Source of the DNA: Pseudobacteriovorax sp.
Lineage (GTDB): Bacteria > Bdellovibrionota_B > Oligoflexia > Oligoflexales > Oligoflexaceae
Length of the DNA stretch: 36,638 nucleotides
Direction of reading: 5' to 3'
NCBI GenBank assembly: GCA_050293845.1
Contig: JBNKNM010000036.1
Span: 1-36,638, forward strand
In this document: in pieces, positions 18,745-28,866 of the stretch
Position numbering within the stretch: position 1 is the stretch's first letter
Layout: the number at the start of each line of letters is the position of its first letter
The notes under the pieces: model-generated
What the model saw: only the letters and a program-made list of their open reading frames with translations
Told to the model about the DNA's origin: nothing
The model's database searches: none
Program-made: the position numbers and the translations under genes

Positions 18745-18917
18745 CTAAAAAGCCAAGTGATGATAGTTATATCGAATACTTTAGGGACCGGGTTTTAATA
18801 TATAAGTTTGCTACTCTTAGAGAATATGAAGATTACTATCTACTTAGCGAAATTTTGAGTTTACAGAAGCTTGTGGATTTAAAAATGAAGTCTATGGAGC
18901 GGTCTAACGATGTCTAG
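18705..18917 (+). CDS. -1 frame extension of the tail assembly chaperone
   Basis: Open -1 frame from the T9 run (18697-18705) to TAG 18915-18917 with no early start of its own; contains ATLREYEDYYLLSEI. Confidence 0.7.
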   Translation, partial: SDYQPYSPKTGSITKKPSDDSYIEYFRDRVLIYKFATLREYEDYYLLSEILSLQKLVDLKMKSMERSNDV

Positions 18918-21174
18918 TTTGAGAGAGCTTAGCGCAGAATTTACCACAAAGTTTGATCGAAAATCATTTACTGAATTTCACGATATTATTGATGATTTAA
19001 AGACCGAGCTAGTTACTCTTAATTCGGAAATGGATAAATTTGCAGACAAGACCGCAGACTATGGTAGGCGAGCCGGAAAGGGTTTTGCAAATGTTCAAAG
19101 TACAATTGCAAGGGTTGGTGATAGTGCAGTTGTAGAAGGTCGTAGGATTGATAGTGCTCTAGGTAAGGTTGATAAGAGAGTTAAAGATCTTCATAAAGCA
19201 TCGAATGATATGAATCTTCCAAAAAAGCTGAAATCGTCGCAAAATGAAGCAGAAAAATTAGATAAAAGGATAGACGATCTAGGGTATAGATTAAGAAAAG
19301 TTGGAAGAGATAAATATAATTTCGGTTCTGGCTTTTCAAGTCTAAATACGCAGTTAAATAGTGCTCTTTCAAATATGGGTCTATTAACTGTAGCTGGTGT
19401 TGGCGGTATCGCACTTATGGCCTCGCAGTCTGCAAAATTAGGTACTGAAATTATAAATATATCCAAGTCACTGGGTATAACTACAGAAGAGTTTCAGCAA
19501 TTAGAATATTTAACGGCAAAGCATGCAGGTTTAAATAGAGATCAGACTAAGGATATCATGGAATCATTCATTGTTAGGATGAATGAGGCTATTAGGGGTG
19601 AGGGCGAAGGTTTAGAGGCAATTCAAATATTGGGTATTTCAGACCAGATAGTCAACAGTGATGGAAAGCTAAAAAGCACAAAAGAGTTGTTAGAGATAGT
19701 TGCCGATGCATTTCAAAAGCAGAATCCGCAGCAGCAAGTAGATATTGCAGATAAACTGGCAGAAGGTGAAGGGGTTAGATTTGGTAATGTTCTTTCCCTT
19801 GGTTCAAAAGGTTTGGAAGCAGGCAGGCGAGAAGCCAATGATCTTGGATTGGTGCTAAGTAAAGAAACTCTTGAAGATGTTGAAAAATTTAGAAAAGAAT
19901 GGGTTGATACACGCTTTGCAATGGAGGCAGTTAGGGCTGAGATTAGTTTAGGATTTATGCCAATTATAAATAAGTTCGGGAAAGGGCTTAGGACAATATT
20001 TCCAAAGGGAAGTGGTGAAGAGTTAGCCGGTGAAATAGACGAATATTTCAAGCGTATCGAAAAGTCTATTTCTGGCATAGTAAGTAGTGAAGACCTTAAG
20101 AGCGGTATAGAAATGGTGAAAGAGGTAGCCGATTCCCTTGGTGGTTGGGGAAATCTTGCTGAAGCGGCTACGCTTGGGATAACTACTGTACTAGGTGTTT
20201 TTCTATTACCAAAGTTTGCAGGAATAATGACAATTGCGACCGCTATAACAGCAATAGGTGCAGTTGTTCAAGACTTAAATAACTACAGGCTTAATAGGGA
20301 ATCAGTACTTGGTAGTCTTTTGTGGGATGCTGAAAAGAAAAAAGATGATCAAGATAAGATCAGAGAGGAAGGTATAAAAAACCCATTTAAGAGGGGGTTT
20401 AATCTTGCTTATCGTGTTGCAACAAATCCATTTGAAATATTCACAGGTGATCCTGGTCTTGATTCTGACGAGGGAACATGGTTTCCTAAGGATAATTTAT
20501 ACCTAAATATGCTCCAATATTATTACAAAGAACCAGGAAAAATCTTCTCGGAAGATATATTAGATTCGTATAGGAAAGCTAATCCGAATAAAAATATATC
20601 TGACATTGTTGATATTAAAAGGGGTGTTCCTCTTCCTACTATGATTGAGCTTTTAGGTAAGGATATATTTAATTTAGGACGAAATACTGAGCAGAGTTTA
20701 GAATCTAGCGATGAGTGGCAGAGGTTTGGTAGTAGATTATTTTTGAGAAGTAGCGCCATCGGCGAAAATCCTATGTTTAAAGCTATGACAGAGGGTCCAA
20801 CAATGCTAGCTGAAAAAATGATGGAGCTTTCCGATAAGTATGGAGGTCTTAGCGCGTTTGATAGCTTAAGTGCTGAGGTTTATAAGAACAGTGATTTACA
20901 TAATATTTCAGCGTTTGAAAAAACCATGAGGCAAAAAAATATTACACCTATCGAGGATAGTATACGGTATATAACAGCGCCAGAAGCGCCTAGGTCCGAA
21001 GGTGCAAGGCTTTACTTTGATTTTAAATTTGGTGATATCAACGGAAAAATTGATGACGGTGAGCAGGCAAAGAAAGTGATTAAGGAAGCTATGAAAGATG
21101 AAGTTATGGAAATAATTTCAGGGTATCTTTCGGGTATGGCTTCTGGTCAGGAAAAAGATAAAAGGCTTTACTAG
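18910..21174 (+). CDS. Tail tape measure protein
   Basis: MSSLREL start, long helical sequence, SKSLGITTEEFQQLEY and ANDLGLVLS motifs, hydrophobic segments. Confidence 0.88.
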   Translation: MSSLRELSAEFTTKFDRKSFTEFHDIIDDLKTELVTLNSEMDKFADKTADYGRRAGKGFANVQSTIARVGDSAVVEGRRIDSALGKVDKRVKDLHKASNDMNLPKKLKSSQNEAEKLDKRIDDLGYRLRKVGRDKYNFGSGFSSLNTQLNSALSNMGLLTVAGVGGIALMASQSAKLGTEIINISKSLGITTEEFQQLEYLTAKHAGLNRDQTKDIMESFIVRMNEAIRGEGEGLEAIQILGISDQIVNSDGKLKSTKELLEIVADAFQKQNPQQQVDIADKLAEGEGVRFGNVLSLGSKGLEAGRREANDLGLVLSKETLEDVEKFRKEWVDTRFAMEAVRAEISLGFMPIINKFGKGLRTIFPKGSGEELAGEIDEYFKRIEKSISGIVSSEDLKSGIEMVKEVADSLGGWGNLAEAATLGITTVLGVFLLPKFAGIMTIATAITAIGAVVQDLNNYRLNRESVLGSLLWDAEKKKDDQDKIREEGIKNPFKRGFNLAYRVATNPFEIFTGDPGLDSDEGTWFPKDNLYLNMLQYYYKEPGKIFSEDILDSYRKANPNKNISDIVDIKRGVPLPTMIELLGKDIFNLGRNTEQSLESSDEWQRFGSRLFLRSSAIGENPMFKAMTEGPTMLAEKMMELSDKYGGLSAFDSLSAEVYKNSDLHNISAFEKTMRQKNITPIEDSIRYITAPEAPRSEGARLYFDFKFGDINGKIDDGEQAKKVIKEAMKDEVMEIISGYLSGMASGQEKDKRLY

Positions 21175-21336
21175 ATGAGTGTATATAGCATCAGAAATAT
21201 ATTTGAAAATACGTATATGGTTGAGTGCGTTGGATGTGGTCTATGTAAGATTGAGGTTACATTAGGAGAGTGTAAGACTGTGTATAAGTGTGATAGGTGT
21301 GAATCCATAGATAGTAAGATATGGAGTATTTGGTAG
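21175..21336 (+). CDS. Small 53-aa zinc-ribbon protein, not in ORF track
   Basis: MSVYSIRNIFENTYMVECVGCGLCKIEVTLGECKTVYKCDRCESIDSKIWSIW; starts right after the tape measure stop. Confidence 0.6.
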   Translation: MSVYSIRNIFENTYMVECVGCGLCKIEVTLGECKTVYKCDRCESIDSKIWSIW

Positions 21337-22028
21337 TCGTGTTTGAAGAAATAGCGCAATACTTGCAAGAAAAAGGTGATCGAGAGCCAGCCACTATAAA
21401 GGCCGGTGGGTATGATCCTATAACATTTAGTGCAGTAGAAAGCGTGAGAGTAATATATACAGCAGATGTAGGTAGGTATACGGCTGAAGATAATACTCGA
21501 AAGTCGGATAATATTGTTTTAAACGATCCGCATTTATCATTCACAGGAGTAATGGCACGCAAGATAGATTTTGATAACGCGATCACAGGATCAATCACAG
21601 GGATTTTATTTGATAGAAAATTTCCTAATCATTTGCTTGGAGCTACAGCCGCATATGCAGCAGCGGCGGCGCTTAAGGAATTATCTGGTAATAAATCACA
21701 CGGAGACTATTTCCGTGAAATAAATAGCATTATGGAAGCTAAAGAACTGGTAAGTATAACGGTTGGATATTTCAATTTAAACAACCTCGTAATTACGCAT
21801 TTAGAGCCGATTATAAGAAATACAGATGCTTTTAGAGTTGAAATAAAGCTAGAGAAATATAGCTATTCTGAGTCAAGGTCTGTGGGCGTTTCGCTGATTG
21901 ATAATGGTACAGATAAAAATATACAGAGAGATCAAAAGGGCAGTGATGGAGGTCATAATTTCGTTAAAGATCCAACAAACAGGCAGTCAGAGCTTGGTGG
22001 TGTTTTGTTTAATGGGTTAGGGTTATGA
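21321..22028 (+). CDS. Baseplate/tube initiator (Dit-like) protein
   Basis: V.RY.AED....SDN....DP.L...G pattern; synteny. Confidence 0.65.
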   Translation: MEYLVVVFEEIAQYLQEKGDREPATIKAGGYDPITFSAVESVRVIYTADVGRYTAEDNTRKSDNIVLNDPHLSFTGVMARKIDFDNAITGSITGILFDRKFPNHLLGATAAYAAAAALKELSGNKSHGDYFREINSIMEAKELVSITVGYFNLNNLVITHLEPIIRNTDAFRVEIKLEKYSYSESRSVGVSLIDNGTDKNIQRDQKGSDGGHNFVKDPTNRQSELGGVLFNGLGL

Positions 22029-22327
22029 AAGTTATAGATGTAAAAAATGGTATTCGTGATCAGAGGTTTTTCGTCGAGTTAAATAGCAGCACATTTGAAT
22101 TAGAGATTGTATGGTTTCCATCAGTCGCTTTGTATTATCTATCAATATTGGATAAAGAAGGCAGTTATATAATAAGAAATGTTGCTCTTACGCTTGGCGC
22201 TATTGGTTTGTCATGGTCGCTTAAGAGTGAAAAGTATCCAAAGGGGTATTTTGGTGTAATAGGTGATAAAAACCCTGACCTAGAGAATTTCGGTAAAACA
22301 GTGTTTCTATTATTTAAGCCGGTATAA
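22025..22327 (+). CDS. Small baseplate protein
   Basis: Q.F.V.L....F.L...W and FG....L patterns; synteny. Confidence 0.6.
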   Translation: MKVIDVKNGIRDQRFFVELNSSTFELEIVWFPSVALYYLSILDKEGSYIIRNVALTLGAIGLSWSLKSEKYPKGYFGVIGDKNPDLENFGKTVFLLFKPV

Positions 22328-22328
22328 C

Positions 22329-23177
22329 ATGAGATATATTGACGTAAAAATAACAGATAAAAATGGTGTTGGTGATTCAATAGGCGGATATATAAGGTTT
22401 CGAATAACTAAAACTGCCTTTTTATTTTCGAATAAAGCAAGTGTGAATTTATTTAATATATCAGATATTACTATGGCTGAAATAACCAAAGAAAATAGAA
22501 GAATATTCGTGACGGGGGGATATGAGGATAATTCAGGTTTATTGTTTGCGGGTAAAATAGATAGAGTGGTTCCCCTGGGGTCTAGCGGTAGTGATGTGCA
22601 AACGAGAGTTGAGGCAAGCGATGCTGAAAGTATGTTGCTGTCCCATGCGCAGATTGAACTATTGAAAGGTGAGTCTAGAAAAAAGGCGATTGAGCGAATA
22701 CTATCTGAGAACACTAACGGTGAGTCAGTTAGAGTAGGGCCGATAAATATCGATGATAGTATAAAAGTAAAGGGGCAGTCACTGTATACTGGTACAGTCT
22801 ATGATGTATTGATGTCGCTTTTAATGCCTGGTGAATATGCATCAATACAAGATAATCAATTTGTTGTTGTAAAAGAAGATAAGACAGAAGGCAGAGCAGT
22901 GCTATTGACCAGCGATACAGGTTTAATGCCTGGTGTTGTTGTCGAAGGAGATAAAGTAAGGTTTAAGTCGGTTCTTAATCCTAAAATACGGCCCAATGCT
23001 TTAGTACAGATACAGAGTAAAAAAGTAGAGAGTGTGAATATTGGTCCATACAAACAGCCAGATAATACCATATTGGTTAAGGTTATTAAGTGCGAGTATT
23101 CAGGTGATAATAGGTTAGGTGAGCATTCCGTAATTAGTGAAGGTAGGGTATTTTATGGTGCTTTTCCCCGATCATAG
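22329..23177 (+). CDS. Baseplate hub protein
   Basis: N.A.V.LFN, GGY.....LLF.G.I, SIQD, L..DTGL, LNP.I, Y.GD motifs. Confidence 0.78.
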   Translation: MRYIDVKITDKNGVGDSIGGYIRFRITKTAFLFSNKASVNLFNISDITMAEITKENRRIFVTGGYEDNSGLLFAGKIDRVVPLGSSGSDVQTRVEASDAESMLLSHAQIELLKGESRKKAIERILSENTNGESVRVGPINIDDSIKVKGQSLYTGTVYDVLMSLLMPGEYASIQDNQFVVVKEDKTEGRAVLLTSDTGLMPGVVVEGDKVRFKSVLNPKIRPNALVQIQSKKVESVNIGPYKQPDNTILVKVIKCEYSGDNRLGEHSVISEGRVFYGAFPRS

Positions 23178-23886
23178 CTTTGTGCAAGAGATAGCATTAG
23201 ATGAAATAAAGAAAATCAATACAATTCTTCCAGGTATTATAAAAGCATATCGATTTGATGATACAGAGGGCCATATAGTAGATGTAGAATGCGGTATAAG
23301 TGTGAGGTGGACCTCAGGAGTAAAGAAAATAGGCTTGATTAAAGGGCTTAGGCTTGCCCCTTATAGATTTGGTGATTTTGAAATAATGCCACCTAAAAAT
23401 GCTGTAATAGGTAGTCCATGTAAGATTGAAGTTAGTCAGCGATCACTTGTGAGGTGGTATGAGACAGGCGAGCAAGTAGATCCAGAAGACATGAGAATGT
23501 TCAATCTTTCCGACTCAATAGTAACACCAGGCGCATATCCAAACGGCATGAGTAAGGAAGCATTATTAGATAGCGAGGGTTTAATAAGGTACGGAGATAG
23601 TCGGATATATATTTCAAAAGATGGTGTTAGAATTGAAGCGGGTAAAATGGATCTTAAGACGGATAAATTTGATGTAAACGGTGCCGTTAAAATATCAAGC
23701 GATGATGTTAAATTTAACGTTAAGAAACTTGAAGTAAATACCCTAGAACAGGCTCTTATAGGTATAATGTCGCTGTTTAAATTGATAAAAGTGGATACGT
23801 CAACGGGGGTCATGATAAATCCAACTATTGCGCAGATACAAAAGGCCGAACAAGACATCAAGAAGGTTTTTGATGCAGGACTTTAA
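23155..23886 (+). CDS. Baseplate spike (Gp138-like)
   Basis: I.T..PG.I, SQRSL..W, R.F.LSD....PG motifs. Confidence 0.78.
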   Translation: MVLFPDHSFVQEIALDEIKKINTILPGIIKAYRFDDTEGHIVDVECGISVRWTSGVKKIGLIKGLRLAPYRFGDFEIMPPKNAVIGSPCKIEVSQRSLVRWYETGEQVDPEDMRMFNLSDSIVTPGAYPNGMSKEALLDSEGLIRYGDSRIYISKDGVRIEAGKMDLKTDKFDVNGAVKISSDDVKFNVKKLEVNTLEQALIGIMSLFKLIKVDTSTGVMINPTIAQIQKAEQDIKKVFDAGL

Positions 23887-24223
23887 GCTAGATGGAAAAG
23901 GCGAGATTGTTTTGAAGAATGGTCTACCAGTGATCATTGAAGGGCCGGAGCTTGCGGCGCAAATAAATAGGCAGGCGTTAAGGTTTCAGCTTGGCGAATG
24001 GTATGGAGATAGAAAGCAGGGTATGCCTTATTTTCAGATCATCTTTCAAAAAAATGTGTCCCTAGGCACCAAGATAAACGTAATTAAGAAATACATCACA
24101 GATATACCTATTAATAGAAGTATTAAAAAATTCGACTATCGCATTAATCATGGAATTATTGAAATAGAGTATAAAGTGAGTACGACGATCGGTGATGTTG
24201 ATATAAAAATACCGGAAGAATAA
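23873..24223 (+). CDS. Baseplate wedge/sheath initiator (gp25-like)
   Basis: MQD..LD..G, L....GEW..D...G.PY motifs. Confidence 0.78.
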   Translation: MQDFKLDGKGEIVLKNGLPVIIEGPELAAQINRQALRFQLGEWYGDRKQGMPYFQIIFQKNVSLGTKINVIKKYITDIPINRSIKKFDYRINHGIIEIEYKVSTTIGDVDIKIPEE

Positions 24224-24225
24224 AT

Positions 24226-25602
24226 ATGATTACAGAAGAAGGGTTAAAGGTAGAAAATAAGGATACTATTGTAGCTAGGCTTAATGAAGACTTACTAGAA
24301 GACTATCCATCTCTTAATCTTCATGTGTCGTCCCCATTTTATCAGAGAAACTATACGATATCACAGATTATAGCTATGCTGTGGGAAGTTACGCAGCGTT
24401 CTATTGATATGATGTTTTATGAAAGTGCCAGCGGGATATTTCTTGACTATAATTTGGAACGAATGGGCGAAAGCCGCATGACACCAAGGCCGTCTATTGT
24501 AGAATGTAGTATAAGTGGTGAACTTAGCGAAAGCGCAATTATAACTGTAGCTGGCAATCCAAGTATAAGATTTATAAGAAGCGAGCTTGATAGTGGTCTA
24601 TATAAGTTTGTAACCACAGAGAACGTTAAAACAGGGTTATTTATTGATAGTCGTCTTTTGGTAGATGACAAGAGCGCAATAATAACAGTAGTAAATATTA
24701 TTCAAGAAGGTCACGAATACGAGAAAGACGAAGATGTTAAAAGGAGAATAAGAAATAAAGCCAGGTCTAGAGGGTTTGGTACAAGGCTCGCATTGAAGTC
24801 GGGGTTACAAGATCTTCCAGGTGTAAGTAGGGTTGAAGTGTATGTAAATAATATGCACTTTTACGATGAAAACGGCGTCCCTCCTGGTTACTGGCATGTG
24901 ATTGTATCAGGTGGTGAGGATATAGTTATAGCTGACTATATTGATATCAATACACATGATGGGCAGTTGTTGTATGGTAAGTTTTACGAGACGAGTAGCG
25001 GTGGCTATGTTCGGTTTTCGCGTAATTTAGAGATTATTATATATATAAAAATCTATCTTAGGATCGATAATAAATTTGATTTATCAGACGAAGAAATAAA
25101 GCAAAAGGTGATAGCTAAAGCGCGGGAAATCAAAGAGGGCGAAGATTTAGTATGTGACCCATACCTTGAGTCAGTGATTACAAGAAGTGGAATATATAGA
25201 CTAGAGATCGAAGCAAAAAGATCGGGTGGTGATTATGGTAATGTGGTCCCGTTAGGCTATTTGGATATGCCGGTATTTTCAGAGGATAGAATCGAAATAA
25301 TACGAGAAAATAAAATTGATTCAACTGGTATAGATGTATGGGTGAAACTGGAGCTTGATGCAAAATCAACGAAGCTAGATTTAATTAAGAGAACTGTATT
25401 ATCAATAAATGGGAAGATAGAGCCAGGTAGTCAGCTAAAAGGTGTATATCTTTTAACAGTATTAATGACGTCGGTAGATTTTAGAAAATTTAATGTTGGT
25501 CTTAAAAAAGATGTTGCTAGTGATTATGAGCAATACATTGATCTTGATGACGATGAGGTACCAGTATTTGCTTATGAGCGAATAGAGGTAGACTTTATAT
25601 GA
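24226..25602 (+). CDS. Baseplate J-like protein with duplicated C-terminal domain
   Basis: MIT..G, A.G..LD, E.DE....R, LPGV....VY.N, VPP...VIV.GG motifs. Confidence 0.85.
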   Translation: MITEEGLKVENKDTIVARLNEDLLEDYPSLNLHVSSPFYQRNYTISQIIAMLWEVTQRSIDMMFYESASGIFLDYNLERMGESRMTPRPSIVECSISGELSESAIITVAGNPSIRFIRSELDSGLYKFVTTENVKTGLFIDSRLLVDDKSAIITVVNIIQEGHEYEKDEDVKRRIRNKARSRGFGTRLALKSGLQDLPGVSRVEVYVNNMHFYDENGVPPGYWHVIVSGGEDIVIADYIDINTHDGQLLYGKFYETSSGGYVRFSRNLEIIIYIKIYLRIDNKFDLSDEEIKQKVIAKAREIKEGEDLVCDPYLESVITRSGIYRLEIEAKRSGGDYGNVVPLGYLDMPVFSEDRIEIIRENKIDSTGIDVWVKLELDAKSTKLDLIKRTVLSINGKIEPGSQLKGVYLLTVLMTSVDFRKFNVGLKKDVASDYEQYIDLDDDEVPVFAYERIEVDFI

Positions 25603-27044
25603 TAGGGTTTAGCGTTAGTTCAAGAGATGTGGACGGTTATATGTTTATTGCGCCAACAAAGGGGGTGTATTCAGTTCATGCGTTTGGAAAAATTACTCTT
25701 GATTATCGCCGTGAAGATGTTTTGCCTAATGGTCCATTGGGAACAGATATGTTTGAGCCGGACGAAAACTGGGTTACAAAAAACGCGAAATCTGGGCAAC
25801 TAGTTATAGTTAAGGATGGTGAATATATACCCTACGAAGACGGAATTAAGATAAATATTAAAACGTCAGAAGAAGTAATATTCATAATTAATGATCGTTT
25901 ACCTAGAAAAAAAGGTGAACTAGGTGGGTATGGGGATAACGAAGGAACGTTCGATGTAGTGTTAATGTTTCGTGGTGAAAGATTAAAAGACGGAGGATTG
26001 ATAACGGAGTATCAAGGCCAGACAATGCACGCATTCGAGATGATACAGGTATATAAAGAGGCAGATAAATACCTCGATTCATTAGTTGGTATACTGGTTA
26101 ATTCCAGCTTTAGGTATGCCAAAAACAGGGTTATAGATTTGTACGGAAGCGAAGAAAAGGTAAGTAGGTCAGGTGATGGAGACGGTAAGTATAAAAGGAA
26201 AATAGCGGCTACAGTGGCGACTAGAAATTCTAGCGGAATGATTAGGGATGATGAGAATATACTTAGGAATCTTTATCCAGAGATGACTGATTTTAAGAGG
26301 TTTAGAAGGTTAAATGGTAGGCATGCTATACAGATAAGGTCAAGAGTCCAACCGCAAGATCCAGGTAGTTTTATAGACGCTATGCGAAGCGTTAAGCAAG
26401 GGTATGTTGATTCGTTTACATTGATAAATGACAACACGTTTGTACTTGGTAGCGAGTGGAAAAATCAGTTCTGTGTTGATTTGGAAAAAAAATGTAGCTT
26501 TGATATGGCTATAAAAAAATCTAATCATATTAAGATACCGTATACAGGTATTATGACTATAGAAGAGATAGTGCCGATTGGAAAATACAGAGAGAGTGGC
26601 TATACGCTTAAAGGTAAGAAGTGTTATAGAGGTATGAAAGTAAGCTGTATAGAGGGTGAATATGTTGATTTGGAGTACGTAGAGCCTGATATTACAAGGC
26701 ATATAGAAGTACATGGTATCGATGATGTGGGTGTATATTTAGAATCAGGCGCGTATGAAGTATGGGAGATTAGGGCAGAAGGTAAGATATGGTTTAATGT
26801 GGATGATGAAAACAAATTCAAGCATCCGAACAAAGGGTTATATATTTATAAAAATTCCGAACCGCGTATTAATTATAGATCCGACATGAAGATAGAAGTT
26901 TCCCCAGGGGATAGAGTTAAATTTATATTTGATGATACAAAATATACAGATAATGGCGGCAAGTACGATGTGTATATTGACAAGTACAAAACGGATAGCG
27001 AACAGATCGGGATAGCTAAGATTAAAATAGTGGGTGATATATGA
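25599..27044 (+). CDS. Baseplate wedge protein with flanking LecA/PA-IL-like domains
   Basis: Central IDLYG....VSR....D..YKR.I......NSSG; two [N/D]D...Y.DN.G.[F/Y]DV motifs. Confidence 0.6.
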   Translation: MIGFSVSSRDVDGYMFIAPTKGVYSVHAFGKITLDYRREDVLPNGPLGTDMFEPDENWVTKNAKSGQLVIVKDGEYIPYEDGIKINIKTSEEVIFIINDRLPRKKGELGGYGDNEGTFDVVLMFRGERLKDGGLITEYQGQTMHAFEMIQVYKEADKYLDSLVGILVNSSFRYAKNRVIDLYGSEEKVSRSGDGDGKYKRKIAATVATRNSSGMIRDDENILRNLYPEMTDFKRFRRLNGRHAIQIRSRVQPQDPGSFIDAMRSVKQGYVDSFTLINDNTFVLGSEWKNQFCVDLEKKCSFDMAIKKSNHIKIPYTGIMTIEEIVPIGKYRESGYTLKGKKCYRGMKVSCIEGEYVDLEYVEPDITRHIEVHGIDDVGVYLESGAYEVWEIRAEGKIWFNVDDENKFKHPNKGLYIYKNSEPRINYRSDMKIEVSPGDRVKFIFDDTKYTDNGGKYDVYIDKYKTDSEQIGIAKIKIVGDI

Positions 27045-28360
27045 TAAAACCGGCATCGTTACTCAAATATATGAAGGAAATACTTGATGGTGTTAACCTA
27101 GAAAGACCGCCGAAGGGGATAGAGGAGAGTGGTTTATCAAAAGAAGCTATAGAGCCGAAAAATTTAAATTGGATATTTAAGAATATATACGAGTGGATAT
27201 GTTATGTTGATGATGTCGGTCTAGAGTCGTATGGAAAACTTAGCTTTAACTTACCAAGTCGTCCAGGTATGAGAATATTTGTAACAGAGTCGGAAACAAT
27301 TTATGATCCTATAGTGATTGACCAGCCTGATACAGTGATTGAATTTAAGCCAGGGGTAACGATAACAGCAAGTAATGAGTGTGAGAATATTATTCAGATT
27401 GCAGCTAAAAGAGTCACGATAAAGTATTGTCGTCTGGGTTATCGAGAGCCTAAGGAGGTTGTAGAGGGTGGTAATGGCTTGGCAATAAGTGCTAGCAGCG
27501 AAGCTGTGAACTGCATGGTAATAGGTGCTAGGATCTTTAATGTTTTAGGTACACGTCAAATAGATAAGGAAATACACAGAGAAGGGTTGTTGGTTGAGAG
27601 CGGGAATCGGAATTATCAGGACTTTGTTTCGAATTCAGATTCGAATGCATTTACGCTCTGGGACTTATCAAAACCATGGTCCTTGTGGCGTCATAATCAA
27701 TGGGGAAATTGGCGACAGGAAATACTGAGGGTAGGTGTAGATGGGCGGGTCACAGGGTCGGCTTTCTATGTTGGTGAAAAGGATGTTATAAATTATGATG
27801 GATTGGTGCATGGTAAATATTTAATAGATAACACTGTAACAGATCCCAAACTTGCAAGCGGTATTTCAGGATCAAAGCTAAAAGATAATAGTGTACACGG
27901 AGACAAGCTGATTCATGATACGGTCAGGAGAGAGAAGCTTGTTAATATGTATTCGTTTTTACGAATGAGAAGAACATCATCAGTATATATAAAAATCAAA
28001 GGTAATTTGCATCCAATTATTCTTACAGTTGAGCTAGAAACGAACATGTTTACTATGAAAGTTAGAGTAGAGATGGATTGTTCTAACCCAAGAATTAAGG
28101 CAGGGGGTTATAGGGGAGGCGGGGAATATTATTTTGATGGACTGACCATAGCAGATCATATTCCAATAGGAAAGACATATGAAATATATACACCAGGACG
28201 AGTTACAGCAGAAGATCCAGATGATGTATTGAGTCTTAATGCTATTATAGAGGTTGAGAGAGTAAATGCCGATAGTATGAGAGTAAAGGCAGATATAGAT
28301 GTATTGCCAGTGAGTTTTATTTACTTACAGTTTCAAGGCGTAGCACCCTATGATATGTAA
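27041..28360 (+). CDS. Tail fibre/spike protein
   Basis: N-terminal P......G.......NW..KN..EW..Y anchor; beta-helix-like segment; D.[S/T]V...KL repeats. Confidence 0.7.
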   Translation: MIKPASLLKYMKEILDGVNLERPPKGIEESGLSKEAIEPKNLNWIFKNIYEWICYVDDVGLESYGKLSFNLPSRPGMRIFVTESETIYDPIVIDQPDTVIEFKPGVTITASNECENIIQIAAKRVTIKYCRLGYREPKEVVEGGNGLAISASSEAVNCMVIGARIFNVLGTRQIDKEIHREGLLVESGNRNYQDFVSNSDSNAFTLWDLSKPWSLWRHNQWGNWRQEILRVGVDGRVTGSAFYVGEKDVINYDGLVHGKYLIDNTVTDPKLASGISGSKLKDNSVHGDKLIHDTVRREKLVNMYSFLRMRRTSSVYIKIKGNLHPIILTVELETNMFTMKVRVEMDCSNPRIKAGGYRGGGEYYFDGLTIADHIPIGKTYEIYTPGRVTAEDPDDVLSLNAIIEVERVNADSMRVKADIDVLPVSFIYLQFQGVAPYDM

Positions 28361-28371
28361 GGATTAAAAAT

Positions 28372-28866
28372 ATGTTATCGTTAAGATTAGAAAATGAATC
28401 TGAATTATTAGAATTTAAGCAACCCTATAATTATCCAATAGGTAAGGCAGGGAAGCGTCTGTATAGAAATATGCAGAAATACGAATACTATTGGAAAAAG
28501 GCTGTTAAGTTAGGTGGAGATGTAGAGGAGGAGCTTTTAAATCGAATTATAGTACCAGAGGGATTTACATATGATGGTGCGAGCGTCCCTAGGTTTTTGT
28601 GGTCAATAGCTAACCTGACTCCAGATGGGAAGCTAAGAGCTGCGGCACTGGTACATGACTGGATTTACGATAATAAGGGTGTTATGCCTGCAGGATCATA
28701 CCAATTCTACAATGGATCATGGATCAATGTTGTTGGTAGATGGACGCGAAAAGATGCTGATAAAATGTTTTTGAAAATTATGGAGCTTGGAGGTGTTGGC
28801 AAGACAGATAGGACGCGGGCATATTGGGCGGTTAGACTGTTTGGATGGATAGCGTGGAAGAAGTAA
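28372..28866 (+). CDS. DUF1353 family protein
   Basis: VPEGF.YDGASVPR..W, AALVHDW.Y, R..AD..F, Y.AVRLFG motifs. Confidence 0.88.
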   Translation: MLSLRLENESELLEFKQPYNYPIGKAGKRLYRNMQKYEYYWKKAVKLGGDVEEELLNRIIVPEGFTYDGASVPRFLWSIANLTPDGKLRAAALVHDWIYDNKGVMPAGSYQFYNGSWINVVGRWTRKDADKMFLKIMELGGVGKTDRTRAYWAVRLFGWIAWKK

